In this document: positions 17,520-26,919 of the stretch, in pieces
Position numbering within the stretch: position 1 is the first letter of the stretch
How the letters are laid out: each line of letters starts with the position of its first letter
Assembly: GCF_000012465.1 (NCBI RefSeq)
Contig: NC_007335.2
Coordinates: 630,001-662,000 of the forward strand
DNA: 32,000 bases
DNA from: Prochlorococcus marinus str. NATL2A
GTDB lineage: Bacteria > Cyanobacteriota > Cyanobacteriia > PCC-6307 > Cyanobiaceae
Direction: 5' to 3'
Notes under the pieces: generated by a model
Database searches by the model: none
What the model was told of the DNA's origin: nothing
What the model saw: only the letters and a program-made list of their open reading frames with translations
Translations under genes and position numbers: made by a program

Positions 17520-17718
17520 ACTTAAGATTTTACCTTATTAGCTTCAGGAATCTTAAAAAAATTGCTCAAACGACAATTTCATCGCTTTTGCTATTAATTC
17601 AGTTTTAAATTTAATGCTTTTAAGCCTTTAAAAATTTCAGAACCTATAGATTCTCTGTTTGGACAAATGTCAATGAGATTATTTGTGCAATAATTTCAAA
17701 CATTGGTAAATCACATTC

Positions 17719-17913
17719 ATGGCAAGCAACAAGAGCCCACAATCTCGTTTCCTTGGAGACCTCCCAATGGAGGGTGGTATTAGTCAAAAAGAGAAATACC
17801 GTTATGTAGCTCACTTGATGTTCTTTATTGGATGCGCTCTGTTCTCCTTTGGTATTTGGGCTCTCTCTGGCTTTACTGCTTCAAGTGGGGCATCAGGACC
17901 ATTCCCTTTTTAA
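17719..17913 (+). CDS. small membrane protein (64 aa, one TM helix), hypothetical
   Basis: An ATG-started ORF with the hydrophobic segment VAHLMFFIGCALFSFGIWALSGF. No competing ORF. No recognised family. Confidence 0.45.
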   Translation: MASNKSPQSRFLGDLPMEGGISQKEKYRYVAHLMFFIGCALFSFGIWALSGFTASSGASGPFPF

Positions 17914-17964
17914 ATTGAGTGGAGTGTAAAATTAATCTTGAATTAGTAGACCTAAAATAAAAAA

Positions 17965-18246
17965 TTATTCTATCGACAAGTTAGTTATTGTATTTTCTCT
18001 ATCTTCAATGAGTGTTAGGAGCCATTTTGAACCTAATGCTCTAGATATACTTCTATTTTTTAATAGTTCACAAATTCTTTTATAAAGTTTGTCAGATTCA
18101 ATATTGGAATTGAACCATTTCTCGAATTTCAGAATTTCATCTGTGTTTTTACAAGCTCTCAATTGATCGATAAGTGCATCGTTAGCACTCGTACCACAAA
18201 TCTTTAATGGTTTATTAGTCGTAGTCATTGAAATTTTGAGGAACAC
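17965..18246 (-). CDS. hypothetical protein (about 87-93 aa)
   Basis: The ORF lies downstream of nrdJ on the same strand. The start is GTG at 18246 or ATG at 18228 (MTTTNKPLK...). No recognised motif. Confidence 0.4.
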   Translation of the reverse strand: MFLKISMTTTNKPLKICGTSANDALIDQLRACKNTDEILKFEKWFNSNIESDKLYKRICELLKNRSISRALGSKWLLTLIEDRENTITNLSIE

Positions 18247-18390
18247 AATACCTATTTAATAATTAGCCAAATTTTCTAATTTGGACAATTATCTTTAAAA
18301 CTTCTTTGAAAAACTAAACTTATTTTATTTGTTAAGCAACGTCCTTCGGATGATAAGAAAAAACCTTCACTCAAGATTGAATGACTGCTA

Positions 18391-20727
18391 TTAAGACGGT
18401 TTGGCCAGTGGAAGTAAGCATTTATCAGAATCGCAACCTGCTGGACCTGCTTCAGTAAGCTCCCCTTGATCATATCGACTAAGAGCTTCAAAGAAATCAC
18501 AAGTGTCTCTTCTTTTTATGACCTCTGATTGCATTTTTGTGTAGCATTCTTCATCAATAGGTTCAAAAGGAAGTCTGGGGAAGGTTGCATTTGCATCAAA
18601 CCTGGCTAGCAATGCCGCTGAAATATAACCTTTATTTTCACTGATTGAGCTATAAAGAGCTTTAGCTAAACCCTCTATCTCATTTTCTCTGAATTCAATA
18701 GTGGCAGAGGTGTTGTGGTCTGTATAGTTTGTTTGAACTTGCATATAAAAATCAAATTGTGCAAGAGCTGAGAAGTTATTGATATCTATTTCATCCGCAC
18801 CAGGAATGTTTGCCCAACTTACCTCAGTAGGTATTTCAACTAGCCACTCAGTACATTTTGGATCAAATGGATTGTCTAGTAGTTTTCCATTTTCATCTTT
18901 ATCTGACTGAGAAGGGACGATTGTGTATCCATAATCCATGCAAGCTAATGCGACTGGATCGTTCTTCCTAAACGTAATCCTTCTGATAAAACGCTGAGCT
19001 TTTGGAGGATGCCAACCTGGCGAAGCCCCTGTTAGAAGACTTTTTGTACCCGCAGGTTGAACTGTTGTACAACGACTTGGACGGCGAATATTATGTCTAT
19101 CACAATACTCCCAAACTGTATCGTTGACGATCTTCCTCCATCGACTCAAAAAAGTAGCTTCTTTGAGTTTGAAATCATTTCCTTCTTTTGTCTCAGGTCG
19201 TCCCGCCTCCCACCATTTTAGCCATGGAGTCCCAAAGGCATGAACAAAAAAGTCAAAAAGTCCTGTGAAGCTAACCCCAACAATGGGATCCCATTCGCGA
19301 CTTTTTCTGTACCGCTCTACTTCGAATCGATGATTAAGGAGACAGGCTACTGACAAAGCGGCTGCTTTGAAAGCATCCTCTTGTTGATTTATGTCTAATG
19401 GATCAATTTGATTAAGATGGATTTCTGCAAGATTACAGTGAAAATCTGAACCTAGAATTTCTCCGCAAGGATTTAGACCATATCTACTGAGTCTGTGAAA
19501 AAGCTCTTTATCATCAAATGGACCATAATTTGATTGAATCCATTTGGAAGCTTCTTCTTTACCTTGGTCACAATAGATCTCTATAAATTCATTCCTGAGT
19601 TCTACTGTTGAAAGTATGTCAGCATTTGAGCGAGCAATTGCCTCTGGTGCAAATTGAATAGCTCCCTCTCCTGAATGAAATTGTTTAATAACCGCATCGA
19701 CAAGAACTTTTAACTCAGGTTTGGTGTGGTAAACACGAGTATGGTTAGCCATTCTTAATGCATCCTTCTCTGGGTCAATACTCCAATTCCCCTCTGAGTC
19801 TTGCTTCCATAAATTTTCTTTAGCACCAGCTGCTTCTAAATCTTGCGAAGAAAATTGGCGCATACCTGCACTCCTTCTGATGTTGCCAGCAACGATTGTT
19901 ACGGCTGCTTCGTCGATAAGCAGACAACATTCAATTGAAGTTAGTTTTCTTCCTACTGCTTTGTTTAGAAGAGTTGCTACGCGCGGGTATAAATCTTTGA
20001 GTTTTACAGGGTTCGCCATGCCTCCGAAACCTTTGAGTGATTCACCCGCTGGCCTTACATCTTTTAAATCAATAGATACATTAACAACTTTAGAATTGAA
20101 GCTATTGTCACTGCTTAATTCAAGGATTTTTTGATAGCTATCAACCCATCCACGTCTACTATCCCCAACTTTTATGAGTACATTATTATCTTTAATAGAA
20201 AATGTAGTTTTTTCATTTCTTTCTTCAGAAGGGGTTAATCCAATTTCTGTAACATTTGCAATGTGAATTGTATTTCTAACTTCTGGCAGTTGATCAATTA
20301 AGTGTGGTTCAATTATCGCCCCTGTTCCGCAACCCATCATGGCTAAATCCATCATAAGTCCAAAGGCTTGCCAATCAACAAGATTCGTTGAGGTGCAATT
20401 GTAGGCTCCAGAAAAATTCTTCTCTTTTTCAATCCATTCTGTTCCCCCTATCCAAAGCCATCGACCTGATGGAAGAGCTTTTTTTTCTTGTTGCATTCTT
20501 TGCATTAAATTTATTTCTGCTTCGTTTAGTCCCCCAAGCTTCTTTAGACCATCTAGGTTTCTAGCATTTACTTGTTCCCAGCTTTCACGACCAGCTGGAA
20601 GTTTCCTACTATAAGTTCTGTAAAAGACAGGATTGGCTGCAGGTGCAGTTATTGGAAAATCAGTCGTATCATTTTCTTTACCCGATGCTGAATTATTGGT
20701 TTCGGGCTGACTAGTTGCAATTGTCAA
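18391..20727 (-). CDS. nrdJ: class II (adenosylcobalamin-dependent) ribonucleotide reductase
   Basis: PVFYRTYSRK near the N-terminus, the thiyl-radical Cys block GLNPCGEI and the C-terminal redox Cys pair GCDSDKC support the call. The 778 aa length fits. Only a TTG (20727) precedes the conserved N-terminal block, so a TTG start is inferred. Confidence 0.9.
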   Translation of the reverse strand: MTIATSQPETNNSASGKENDTTDFPITAPAANPVFYRTYSRKLPAGRESWEQVNARNLDGLKKLGGLNEAEINLMQRMQQEKKALPSGRWLWIGGTEWIEKEKNFSGAYNCTSTNLVDWQAFGLMMDLAMMGCGTGAIIEPHLIDQLPEVRNTIHIANVTEIGLTPSEERNEKTTFSIKDNNVLIKVGDSRRGWVDSYQKILELSSDNSFNSKVVNVSIDLKDVRPAGESLKGFGGMANPVKLKDLYPRVATLLNKAVGRKLTSIECCLLIDEAAVTIVAGNIRRSAGMRQFSSQDLEAAGAKENLWKQDSEGNWSIDPEKDALRMANHTRVYHTKPELKVLVDAVIKQFHSGEGAIQFAPEAIARSNADILSTVELRNEFIEIYCDQGKEEASKWIQSNYGPFDDKELFHRLSRYGLNPCGEILGSDFHCNLAEIHLNQIDPLDINQQEDAFKAAALSVACLLNHRFEVERYRKSREWDPIVGVSFTGLFDFFVHAFGTPWLKWWEAGRPETKEGNDFKLKEATFLSRWRKIVNDTVWEYCDRHNIRRPSRCTTVQPAGTKSLLTGASPGWHPPKAQRFIRRITFRKNDPVALACMDYGYTIVPSQSDKDENGKLLDNPFDPKCTEWLVEIPTEVSWANIPGADEIDINNFSALAQFDFYMQVQTNYTDHNTSATIEFRENEIEGLAKALYSSISENKGYISAALLARFDANATFPRLPFEPIDEECYTKMQSEVIKRRDTCDFFEALSRYDQGELTEAGPAGCDSDKCLLPLAKPS

Positions 20728-20760
20728 AATCTTTGTATCCCTTGGGTAAGTACCACGGTA

Positions 20761-20807
20761 ACGCCATCTATAGCGTTGGCAAGTTTTTTTAACACCATCT
20801 ACAGGGG
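20761..20807. promoter_or_regulatory. tandem NrdR boxes upstream of nrdJ
   Basis: ACGCCATCTATAGCGT (20761-20776) and ACACCATCTACAGGGG (20792-20807) start exactly 31 bp apart, 34-80 bp upstream of the nrdJ start. Both resemble the 16-bp NrdR palindrome acaCwAtATaTwGtgt. Confidence 0.6.
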
Positions 20808-20839
20808 CTTCAAATTAAAAAATTTATTTTTTTCTATTA

Positions 20840-21523
20840 ATGAATCGAACGCCGGAACCAGAGCTCATGCAAAGCCCTTCGCAGGTAAGGGCTTACGCGG
20901 ATGCAGATTTCTCTAGGAGTGATTCTATGGTGGTTAAATCGCTTGAAAAATATTTAAAAAAAGTAGGAAGAACTTTTAATAAAACTGATTTAATTTTTGA
21001 TATAGCATGTGGACCAGGCAATATTTCAGAGAGAATTGCCAAAAATTGGCCTTTCGTAAATGTTGTGGGAATTGATGGCTCAAAAGAAATGTTGGATGAA
21101 GCAGAAAAGAAACTTTCCAAAAATATTACGAAGAATCTCTCTTATCAATTGATTGAAATTAATTCAATAGCCAAAGGTGAAACACATTTTCCTTTTAAAG
21201 CTGATGTAATTGTCAGTAATAGTGCCTTGCATCATTTTCATTATCCTTATAGGTTCTGGGGTGCATTAAAAAAACTTGGTAGAACCAAGTGCATTCATGT
21301 TCATCGTGATTTAATAAGGCCTACTTCTGAAGAAAAAGCATTTGAGATACAAGAAAAACATCTTTCAAATTCCCCAGAAATTCTAAAAAAGGATTTTTAT
21401 GCATCTCTCAAGGCATCATTTACAGTTGATGAAGTAAATCAACAGTTAATTGATGCAGGGTTATCTCAATTAGAGGTCTTTCAAGTTGATGAGCTTTATT
21501 TTGAGATTATTGGGTGTACTTAA
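20840..21523 (+). CDS. class I SAM-dependent methyltransferase, substrate unknown
   Basis: Motif I is IFDIACGPGNISERIA, with the post-I acidic residue in VVGIDGS. The 227 aa length fits. It is divergent from nrdJ. Confidence 0.7.
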   Translation: MNRTPEPELMQSPSQVRAYADADFSRSDSMVVKSLEKYLKKVGRTFNKTDLIFDIACGPGNISERIAKNWPFVNVVGIDGSKEMLDEAEKKLSKNITKNLSYQLIEINSIAKGETHFPFKADVIVSNSALHHFHYPYRFWGALKKLGRTKCIHVHRDLIRPTSEEKAFEIQEKHLSNSPEILKKDFYASLKASFTVDEVNQQLIDAGLSQLEVFQVDELYFEIIGCT

Positions 21524-21559
21524 TCTTTCCCCTGAACAAATGCACAATCAAAAACAATA

Positions 21560-23227
21560 ATGAAATCAACTCCCCAAGACAAGACAAATTTAGATCCAAA
21601 TTTAGTAGAAGAATTAACTGTATCTTTAAGTAAAGAGGTTAGTAAAAGAAGAAATTTTGCGATTATTTCCCACCCTGATGCAGGGAAAACTACTTTGACA
21701 GAAAAACTTTTACTTTATGGCGGAGCTATTCAACAGGCAGGAGCAGTAAAAGCAAGAGGAGAACAGAGAAAAGTTACTTCTGATTGGATGGAGCTTGAAA
21801 AACAACGAGGCATATCAATTACATCGACTGTTTTACAATTTGCTTATAAAGATAAGACGATAAATTTATTAGATACCCCTGGCCACCAAGACTTCTCGGA
21901 AGATACGTATAGGACACTTGCCGCTGCTGATAATGCTGTAATGCTTGAGGATGCAGCAAAAGGTCTTGAACCTCAAACAAGGAAGCTTTTTGAGGTTTGC
22001 AGAATGCGTCAGATACCAATTTTTACATTCATCAACAAGATGGATAGGCCAGGTCAAGAACCGCTGGAATTATTAGATGAGATTGAGTCTGAATTAGGGT
22101 TATTGACCTTTGCAGTTAATTGGCCAATAGGTAGTGGTGAGCTTTTTAGAGGTGTTGTTGAGCGTGCTACCAAAGAAGTTGTTCTATTTTCTAGAGCGGA
22201 AAGAGGGAAGCAATCTAATGAAATAAGGTTAAAAATCAATGATCCTGAACTTAAAAACTTAGTCGAAGAAGAACTATTGACAAAAGCACTTGAAGAGATT
22301 GAGATCCTAGATGAGGCTGGTTGTGACTTAAATCAAGAATTAATCTTGTCTGGCGAATTAACTCCTGTGTTTTTTGGATCTGCAATGACCAACTTCGGGG
22401 TTAGGCCATTTTTAGATAATTTTCTTGATCTTTCTCAGGGACCTGTCGCTCGAAATAGCTTTGATGGGCCAATCGTTCCTACAAGAGAATCATTTAGTGG
22501 ATTTGTATTTAAATTACAAGCAAATATGGATCCAAAACATAGGGATAGAGTTGCTTTCGTGCGTGTATGTAGTGGGAGGTTTGAAAAAGATATGACAGTT
22601 CAACACGCCAGGACAGGTAAACAAATCAGACTCTCAAGACCCCAAAAGATTTTCGGTCAAGATAGGGCTGTTGTTGATGATGCTTATCCTGGGGATGTTA
22701 TTGGTTTGAATAATCCGGGGATGTTTTCTATTGGAGATACTTTATTTATTGGACCGAGAGTCGAATTCGAGGGCATCCCATGTTTTAGCCCCGAGATATT
22801 TAGTTGGTTAAGAAATCCAAATCCTTCAGCTTTTAAAAACTTTAGGAAAGGGGTCAATGAATTAAGAGAGGAGGGAGCAGTCCAAATTCTTTACGATAAA
22901 GATCAAAGCAAAAGAGATCCAATTTTGGCCGCAGTTGGTCAGCTTCAGCTTGAGGTGGTACAGCATCGACTTGCTAGTGAATATGGGGTGGAAACTCGGC
23001 TTGAACCAATGGGTTATCAAGTCGCCAGATGGGTAAAAGGGGGATGGCCTGCTTTGGACGAGGTTGGAAGAATTTTTAATTGCAAAACGGTTCAAGATGC
23101 TTGGCTTAGACCAGTACTGCTTTTTAAGAATGAATGGAATCTTAATCAGTTAAAGGAAGATCATCCTGAAATGGAATTAAACTCAGTTGCTCCGGTTGTT
23201 AGTGGTGTTGATCCTGTTTCTCTCTAA
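21560..23227 (+). CDS. prfC: peptide chain release factor 3 (translational GTPase)
   Basis: The GTPase motifs are G1 [17 protein letters not shown]3 [10 protein letters not shown] and G4 FINKMDR. The overall length (555 aa) and C-terminal domains are typical of RF3. Confidence 0.9.
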   Translation: MKSTPQDKTNLDPNLVEELTVSLSKEVSKRRNFAIISHPDAGKTTLTEKLLLYGGAIQQAGAVKARGEQRKVTSDWMELEKQRGISITSTVLQFAYKDKTINLLDTPGHQDFSEDTYRTLAAADNAVMLEDAAKGLEPQTRKLFEVCRMRQIPIFTFINKMDRPGQEPLELLDEIESELGLLTFAVNWPIGSGELFRGVVERATKEVVLFSRAERGKQSNEIRLKINDPELKNLVEEELLTKALEEIEILDEAGCDLNQELILSGELTPVFFGSAMTNFGVRPFLDNFLDLSQGPVARNSFDGPIVPTRESFSGFVFKLQANMDPKHRDRVAFVRVCSGRFEKDMTVQHARTGKQIRLSRPQKIFGQDRAVVDDAYPGDVIGLNNPGMFSIGDTLFIGPRVEFEGIPCFSPEIFSWLRNPNPSAFKNFRKGVNELREEGAVQILYDKDQSKRDPILAAVGQLQLEVVQHRLASEYGVETRLEPMGYQVARWVKGGWPALDEVGRIFNCKTVQDAWLRPVLLFKNEWNLNQLKEDHPEMELNSVAPVVSGVDPVSL

Positions 23228-23282
23228 GGTAGATTAAAATCTAATATTAAAGAGAGTTCATAAATCTTTTTTTGAAAAATCT

Positions 23283-23972
23283 ATGGATCTTGGTAGCAAT
23301 TCACAATCAAATTCAAACTCACAAGATCCATATTTGATACTTGGAATAAATGAAGGTGCAAGTTTTGATGCTATTCAAGAAGCAAGAGATAAAAAGTTAA
23401 AAGAGGTTGGTGATGATCAAATTACTAAAGCAAAAATAGAAGCTGCTTATGATTCATTGCTAATGGTAAGTCTTAAGTCAAGACAACTTGGTAATGCAAG
23501 TAACGAGGCAATAAATGCATCAAAGAAAGAAAATGAAGCCAAGAAAGTTGGTGATATAGGACCTGGTTCGCTCCTCACTAGGTTGAAGAATTTAAATCTT
23601 CCTAAATACGAGGCTTCAACATCTAACTTTTTACCAAGCTTAGAGTTGCCCTCGGGACAAGAATTAAATATACGGATATCTCTTGGAATATTGGCCTTTT
23701 TACTAGTTTTAATTGTGCCTTCTGAAAGTGTTGAATTAATACTTTCATTTTCAACAATAGGTTTATTCATTAGTCAGTCTCGTAGAGGAAGACCTTTCTT
23801 TTCTTCTGTCATCTGGTGCATTCTTCTGCTTAGCATTGGACTTTTATCAGGTGCATTACTTATGGGGGGTGCCCAATCATTTATTGATAACGCTGGATCA
23901 TTATCTTCAGACAAATTTGAGGCGATACCTGCAGTATTTTTGCTTTGGTTAGGAGTGGTTTTCCTTGATTAA
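23283..23972 (+). CDS. J-like domain membrane protein (CPP1/DUF3353-like)
   Basis: The N-terminal DPYLILGINEGASFDAIQEARDKKLKE is J-domain helix I/II-like but lacks an HPD tripeptide. The C-terminal half has 3-4 TM helices (ISLGILAFLLVLIV, SFSTIGLFI, VIWCILLLSIGLLSGALLMG, AVFLLWLGVVFL). Confidence 0.6.
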   Translation: MDLGSNSQSNSNSQDPYLILGINEGASFDAIQEARDKKLKEVGDDQITKAKIEAAYDSLLMVSLKSRQLGNASNEAINASKKENEAKKVGDIGPGSLLTRLKNLNLPKYEASTSNFLPSLELPSGQELNIRISLGILAFLLVLIVPSESVELILSFSTIGLFISQSRRGRPFFSSVIWCILLLSIGLLSGALLMGGAQSFIDNAGSLSSDKFEAIPAVFLLWLGVVFLD

Positions 23973-23976
23973 TCCT

Positions 23977-24876
23977 TTAATCGATTAAAGATATCAATTC
24001 GTCCTCTTTAACAAGATAAACATTTTTACAGAATTGACATGTTAGTTCTGCTTTCCCATCTTCCTTTATCATTTTCTGAAGTTCATCTTTCCCCAAAATC
24101 TTTAACGCTGATAGGCTTCTTTCTCTTGAACATCTACATTTAAAATGAACTTCCTGAGATGTGCTAATAATATCTGAAGGTGATTGATCAAGATCTGGGA
24201 AAATCTCTTCAATAAGAGAAATAAGGTTATTCCCTTTTTTGTTTAATAACTCACTAAAAGAGTTAATCTCTTTACATCGATCTTCAAGTAAGTCAATTAA
24301 TGAATAATCTCGTTCTGCTTTAGGTAGTATTTGTGCTAAAAGTCCTCCGCTACAAACTATCCCATCCTGATTGATTTTTTCTCCAACAAACACAGCTGAG
24401 GGCGTTTGTTCGGAATGTAATAAATAGGAAGCTATGTCTTCACCTATCCCTCCATTAATTAATTCGACTGTGCTGTTGTGTGGCTCACCTTTCCCGTCAT
24501 CTCTAATAACGTGAAGATAGCCAATACCTGTAGCTTTTTTGAAATCAAATGTATAGTGATTGCTTTTATTCTTAATTAGGTCTAATTCAAGACTTGGATC
24601 GCCAACGTAACCTCTCACACTTCCATCTCTACCAGCATCAATAGTTAATCCTTTTAGTGGTCCATTTGAACTTATCCTCAAAGTCACCCTTCCATGATTT
24701 ACCTTCATTGAGCTTGCTAGCAAAAGGCTCGCACTCATTGCTCTACCTACAATTGCAGAAGTTAAATAAGAAAGTGAATGTCTTTCTTTTGCTTCTTTTG
24801 TAGATTCAGTCGTTGATACGGCGACTAGTCTGATCCCCCCTTTTGCAGCAGTAGCTCTAACTAGTGAATCTGTCAT
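23977..24876 (-). CDS. hslO: redox-regulated chaperone Hsp33
   Basis: The N-terminus [18 protein letters not shown] and the C-terminal zinc centre CRCSRE...CQFCKNVY (CxC...CxxC) support the call. The length is 299 aa. Confidence 0.9.
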   Translation of the reverse strand: MTDSLVRATAAKGGIRLVAVSTTESTKEAKERHSLSYLTSAIVGRAMSASLLLASSMKVNHGRVTLRISSNGPLKGLTIDAGRDGSVRGYVGDPSLELDLIKNKSNHYTFDFKKATGIGYLHVIRDDGKGEPHNSTVELINGGIGEDIASYLLHSEQTPSAVFVGEKINQDGIVCSGGLLAQILPKAERDYSLIDLLEDRCKEINSFSELLNKKGNNLISLIEEIFPDLDQSPSDIISTSQEVHFKCRCSRERSLSALKILGKDELQKMIKEDGKAELTCQFCKNVYLVKEDELISLID

Positions 24877-24892
24877 TGATTAGTTGAATTGT

Positions 24893-25519
24893 TTATTGAG
24901 GGATAAGTTGACCATTGTGCAACTTGTAATTGTCGGTATTCAAATTTTTAAAAAGTTCGGGTTCATGGGTAACTATTAGAATGGTTTGTTTGTCTTTAAG
25001 CTTTGCGATTAATTCTATAATTCCTTTTCTCACTGACCAATCTAAACCCGCTGTTGGCTCGTCCAATAAGAGTACTTTTGGACTCCTTAATAGTTGAACA
25101 GCAATAGCTAGTCGTCGTTGTTGTCCTCCGCTAAGAGATTCTGGCGGCTTCTTTAAATCTAAGTTGATTAATCCCACTTTTGTGAGAGTTGAAATTAGTT
25201 CTTCAGTCGTTAACCTCTTGTGCCCAAGACGTAATTCTTGAGCTACGGATAATCCAAGAAAATATCTTTCTGGAAATTGAAAAACCAACCCACATAACCA
25301 CCTGCGCTGACGTGCATTTAGAGTTTTGTTTAACCATGTTATTTCTCCTTTCTGATATCCCGATAGACCGCTAATGATTTCTACCAATGTAGTTTTTCCA
25401 CTTCCACTGGGTCCCCTAACTATTGTGATTTTTCCAGTCTTAAATTTTAAACACAAATCTCTAAGGATTGGTTTCTCTGCTGTCGAGGGATGGTAATAAA
25501 TATTTTTTAAACTAAGCAT
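24893..25519 (-). CDS. stand-alone ABC transporter ATP-binding protein (ECF/CbiO-like), no adjacent permease
   Basis: Walker A is GPSGSGKTT, the signature is LSGGQQRR, Walker B is LLLDEPTAGLD and the H-loop is VTHE. The length is 208 aa. Confidence 0.85.
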   Translation of the reverse strand: MLSLKNIYYHPSTAEKPILRDLCLKFKTGKITIVRGPSGSGKTTLVEIISGLSGYQKGEITWLNKTLNARQRRWLCGLVFQFPERYFLGLSVAQELRLGHKRLTTEELISTLTKVGLINLDLKKPPESLSGGQQRRLAIAVQLLRSPKVLLLDEPTAGLDWSVRKGIIELIAKLKDKQTILIVTHEPELFKNLNTDNYKLHNGQLIPQ

Positions 25520-25634
25520 TCTTTTTTATTGAGGCTTTGATCAAATAACTAATGATTTTTCTATTTTCTTTATTCAATTTACATTAGATTATGTTGGATA
25601 TCTTTTAGTTTTTCTTTTTCAAGATCTATTGTTT

Positions 25635-26084
25635 ATGGAAGTTAGATTTCGTGAAGTTGATCCTTTCAATTGTTGGATATGGATTAGATATTCAGGTGTT
25701 CCAAGTAAAGGAGAAAAAGATTACATTGATGGAATTTTTGATTCTTGGTATGTGCTAGGCCGACTCGGGGGATTTAATTCTGAAAATTTACAAACGCACG
25801 AAATGGGTGCTGATGTCAGTTGGATGAGCTATGAAAATGACGATACCTCTTATAGTCTGCCATCATTGATGCATAATCTTGGAGAATTTGAATTTAACGA
25901 GTGTTGGGCTAGATGCTGGGTCGATTTAGGCACTTCTGACCTCATCGCAATTGATATTTTGATAAATGTACTAAAACAAATGGATGTTGATGTTTTGAAA
26001 ATAGAGGAACTAATTATCGGTGGAGTCAATGAAGATTGGCCAGTAGAGGAACATCCAGATGCAATTTTTTCTTCAACAGATTAA
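25635..26084 (+). CDS. conserved cyanobacterial/plastid-lineage protein (DUF3531-like)
   Basis: VRFREVDPFNCWIWIRYSGVPSKGEKDYIDGIFDSWYVLGRLGGFN resembles DUF3531. I prefer the ATG at 25635 to the track's TTG at 25629. Confidence 0.6.
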   Translation: MEVRFREVDPFNCWIWIRYSGVPSKGEKDYIDGIFDSWYVLGRLGGFNSENLQTHEMGADVSWMSYENDDTSYSLPSLMHNLGEFEFNECWARCWVDLGTSDLIAIDILINVLKQMDVDVLKIEELIIGGVNEDWPVEEHPDAIFSSTD

Positions 26085-26090
26085 TTTTCT

Positions 26091-26855
26091 ATGGCTGAGA
26101 AAAGAAGATTATTTATAAAACTAAATCGATTAAGAGATGAAATCGATTCAAATGGAGAGTTGAAATTGACCTCTAATGAATCACATTATTTATTCAGGGT
26201 TATGCGGATGAGATCGGAAGATCTTTTAGAAGTCATTGATGGAAAAGGTCGTCTTTGGAACGCTAAAATTGTTGAACAAAAAGCTATAAAACTTACCAAT
26301 GGTTTTGATAAGCCTCTTCAATTCGTTTCAAGAGAAAGACCATTAATAGGAATTGCCATAGTTATTCCTAAAAAGGGGTTTGAAAACTTTTTGCAAATGA
26401 GTTGTGAGATAGGAGTTGATATTATTCAACCATTAATTTCAAAACGATCAGTAGTTAAAGAATGCAATAACGAAAAAATTATTAGATATAAAAAAATTAT
26501 TTATGAAGCCGTTGAGCAATCCGAAAGACTCTGGAGTCCAGAATTAATGCAGGTATTAACATTTCCCAATTGGATAAATGATATGTCTTCGGAAGCTCAA
26601 GTCGGATTTGCTGCAACACGTATTGAAGACTTGCCAGATTGTGTGACTTGGGTAAAAGAAACACCACATGAAGTCAATCAAGTTTGGGTGGTGATTGGAC
26701 CAGAGGGAGGCTGGAATAAAGATGAAGAGGAATTAGCTTTTAACGCTGGATTCGTTGGGGTGTCTATGGGAGAAACTATTTTGAGGACATCAACAGCTGC
26801 CGTAAGTGCCTCACAAGTAATGACTTCATGGAGAAGACTTAAATCATCCTTTTAA
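26091..26855 (+). CDS. rsmE: 16S rRNA (uracil1498-N3)-methyltransferase
   Basis: The N-terminal PUA-like HYLFRVMRM and the C-terminal SPOUT knot blocks VVIGPEGGW and LGETILRTSTA support the call. The length is 254 aa. Confidence 0.85.
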   Translation: MAEKRRLFIKLNRLRDEIDSNGELKLTSNESHYLFRVMRMRSEDLLEVIDGKGRLWNAKIVEQKAIKLTNGFDKPLQFVSRERPLIGIAIVIPKKGFENFLQMSCEIGVDIIQPLISKRSVVKECNNEKIIRYKKIIYEAVEQSERLWSPELMQVLTFPNWINDMSSEAQVGFAATRIEDLPDCVTWVKETPHEVNQVWVVIGPEGGWNKDEEELAFNAGFVGVSMGETILRTSTAAVSASQVMTSWRRLKSSF

Positions 26856-26919
26856 GATTCAATATTTTTGATCATAAAAACGTCTATTGTTTATATACAG
26901 GCATGCTTAATAGAAACCG

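Noticed and set aside
18276-18500. 74-aa minus-strand ORF overlapping the 3' end of nrdJ
   Set aside because: It overlaps the conserved NrdJ C-terminus (GCDSDKC) in another frame. No support.
20728-20839. Cobalamin riboswitch upstream of the B12-dependent nrdJ (and likewise upstream of metY or cbiX)
   Set aside because: The leader is only about 110 nt and is better explained by NrdR boxes. I do not see the conserved B12-box or the GC-rich multi-stem core. The spacers before metY (19 nt) and cbiX (about 70 nt) are too short.
20840-21523. The SAM methyltransferase as the missing ArsM partner of the ArsS-like gene
   Set aside because: It lies about 19 kb away and is only 227 aa. I do not see the conserved multi-cysteine As(III)-binding pattern of ArsM. 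It is a generic class I methyltransferase.
19880-23095. Antisense or nested ORFs in nrdJ (19880-20134), the methyltransferase (20893-21120) and prfC (21819-22019, 21869-22057, 22054-22239, 22862-23095)
   Set aside because: All are 61-84 aa, lie inside strongly supported genes and have no motifs.
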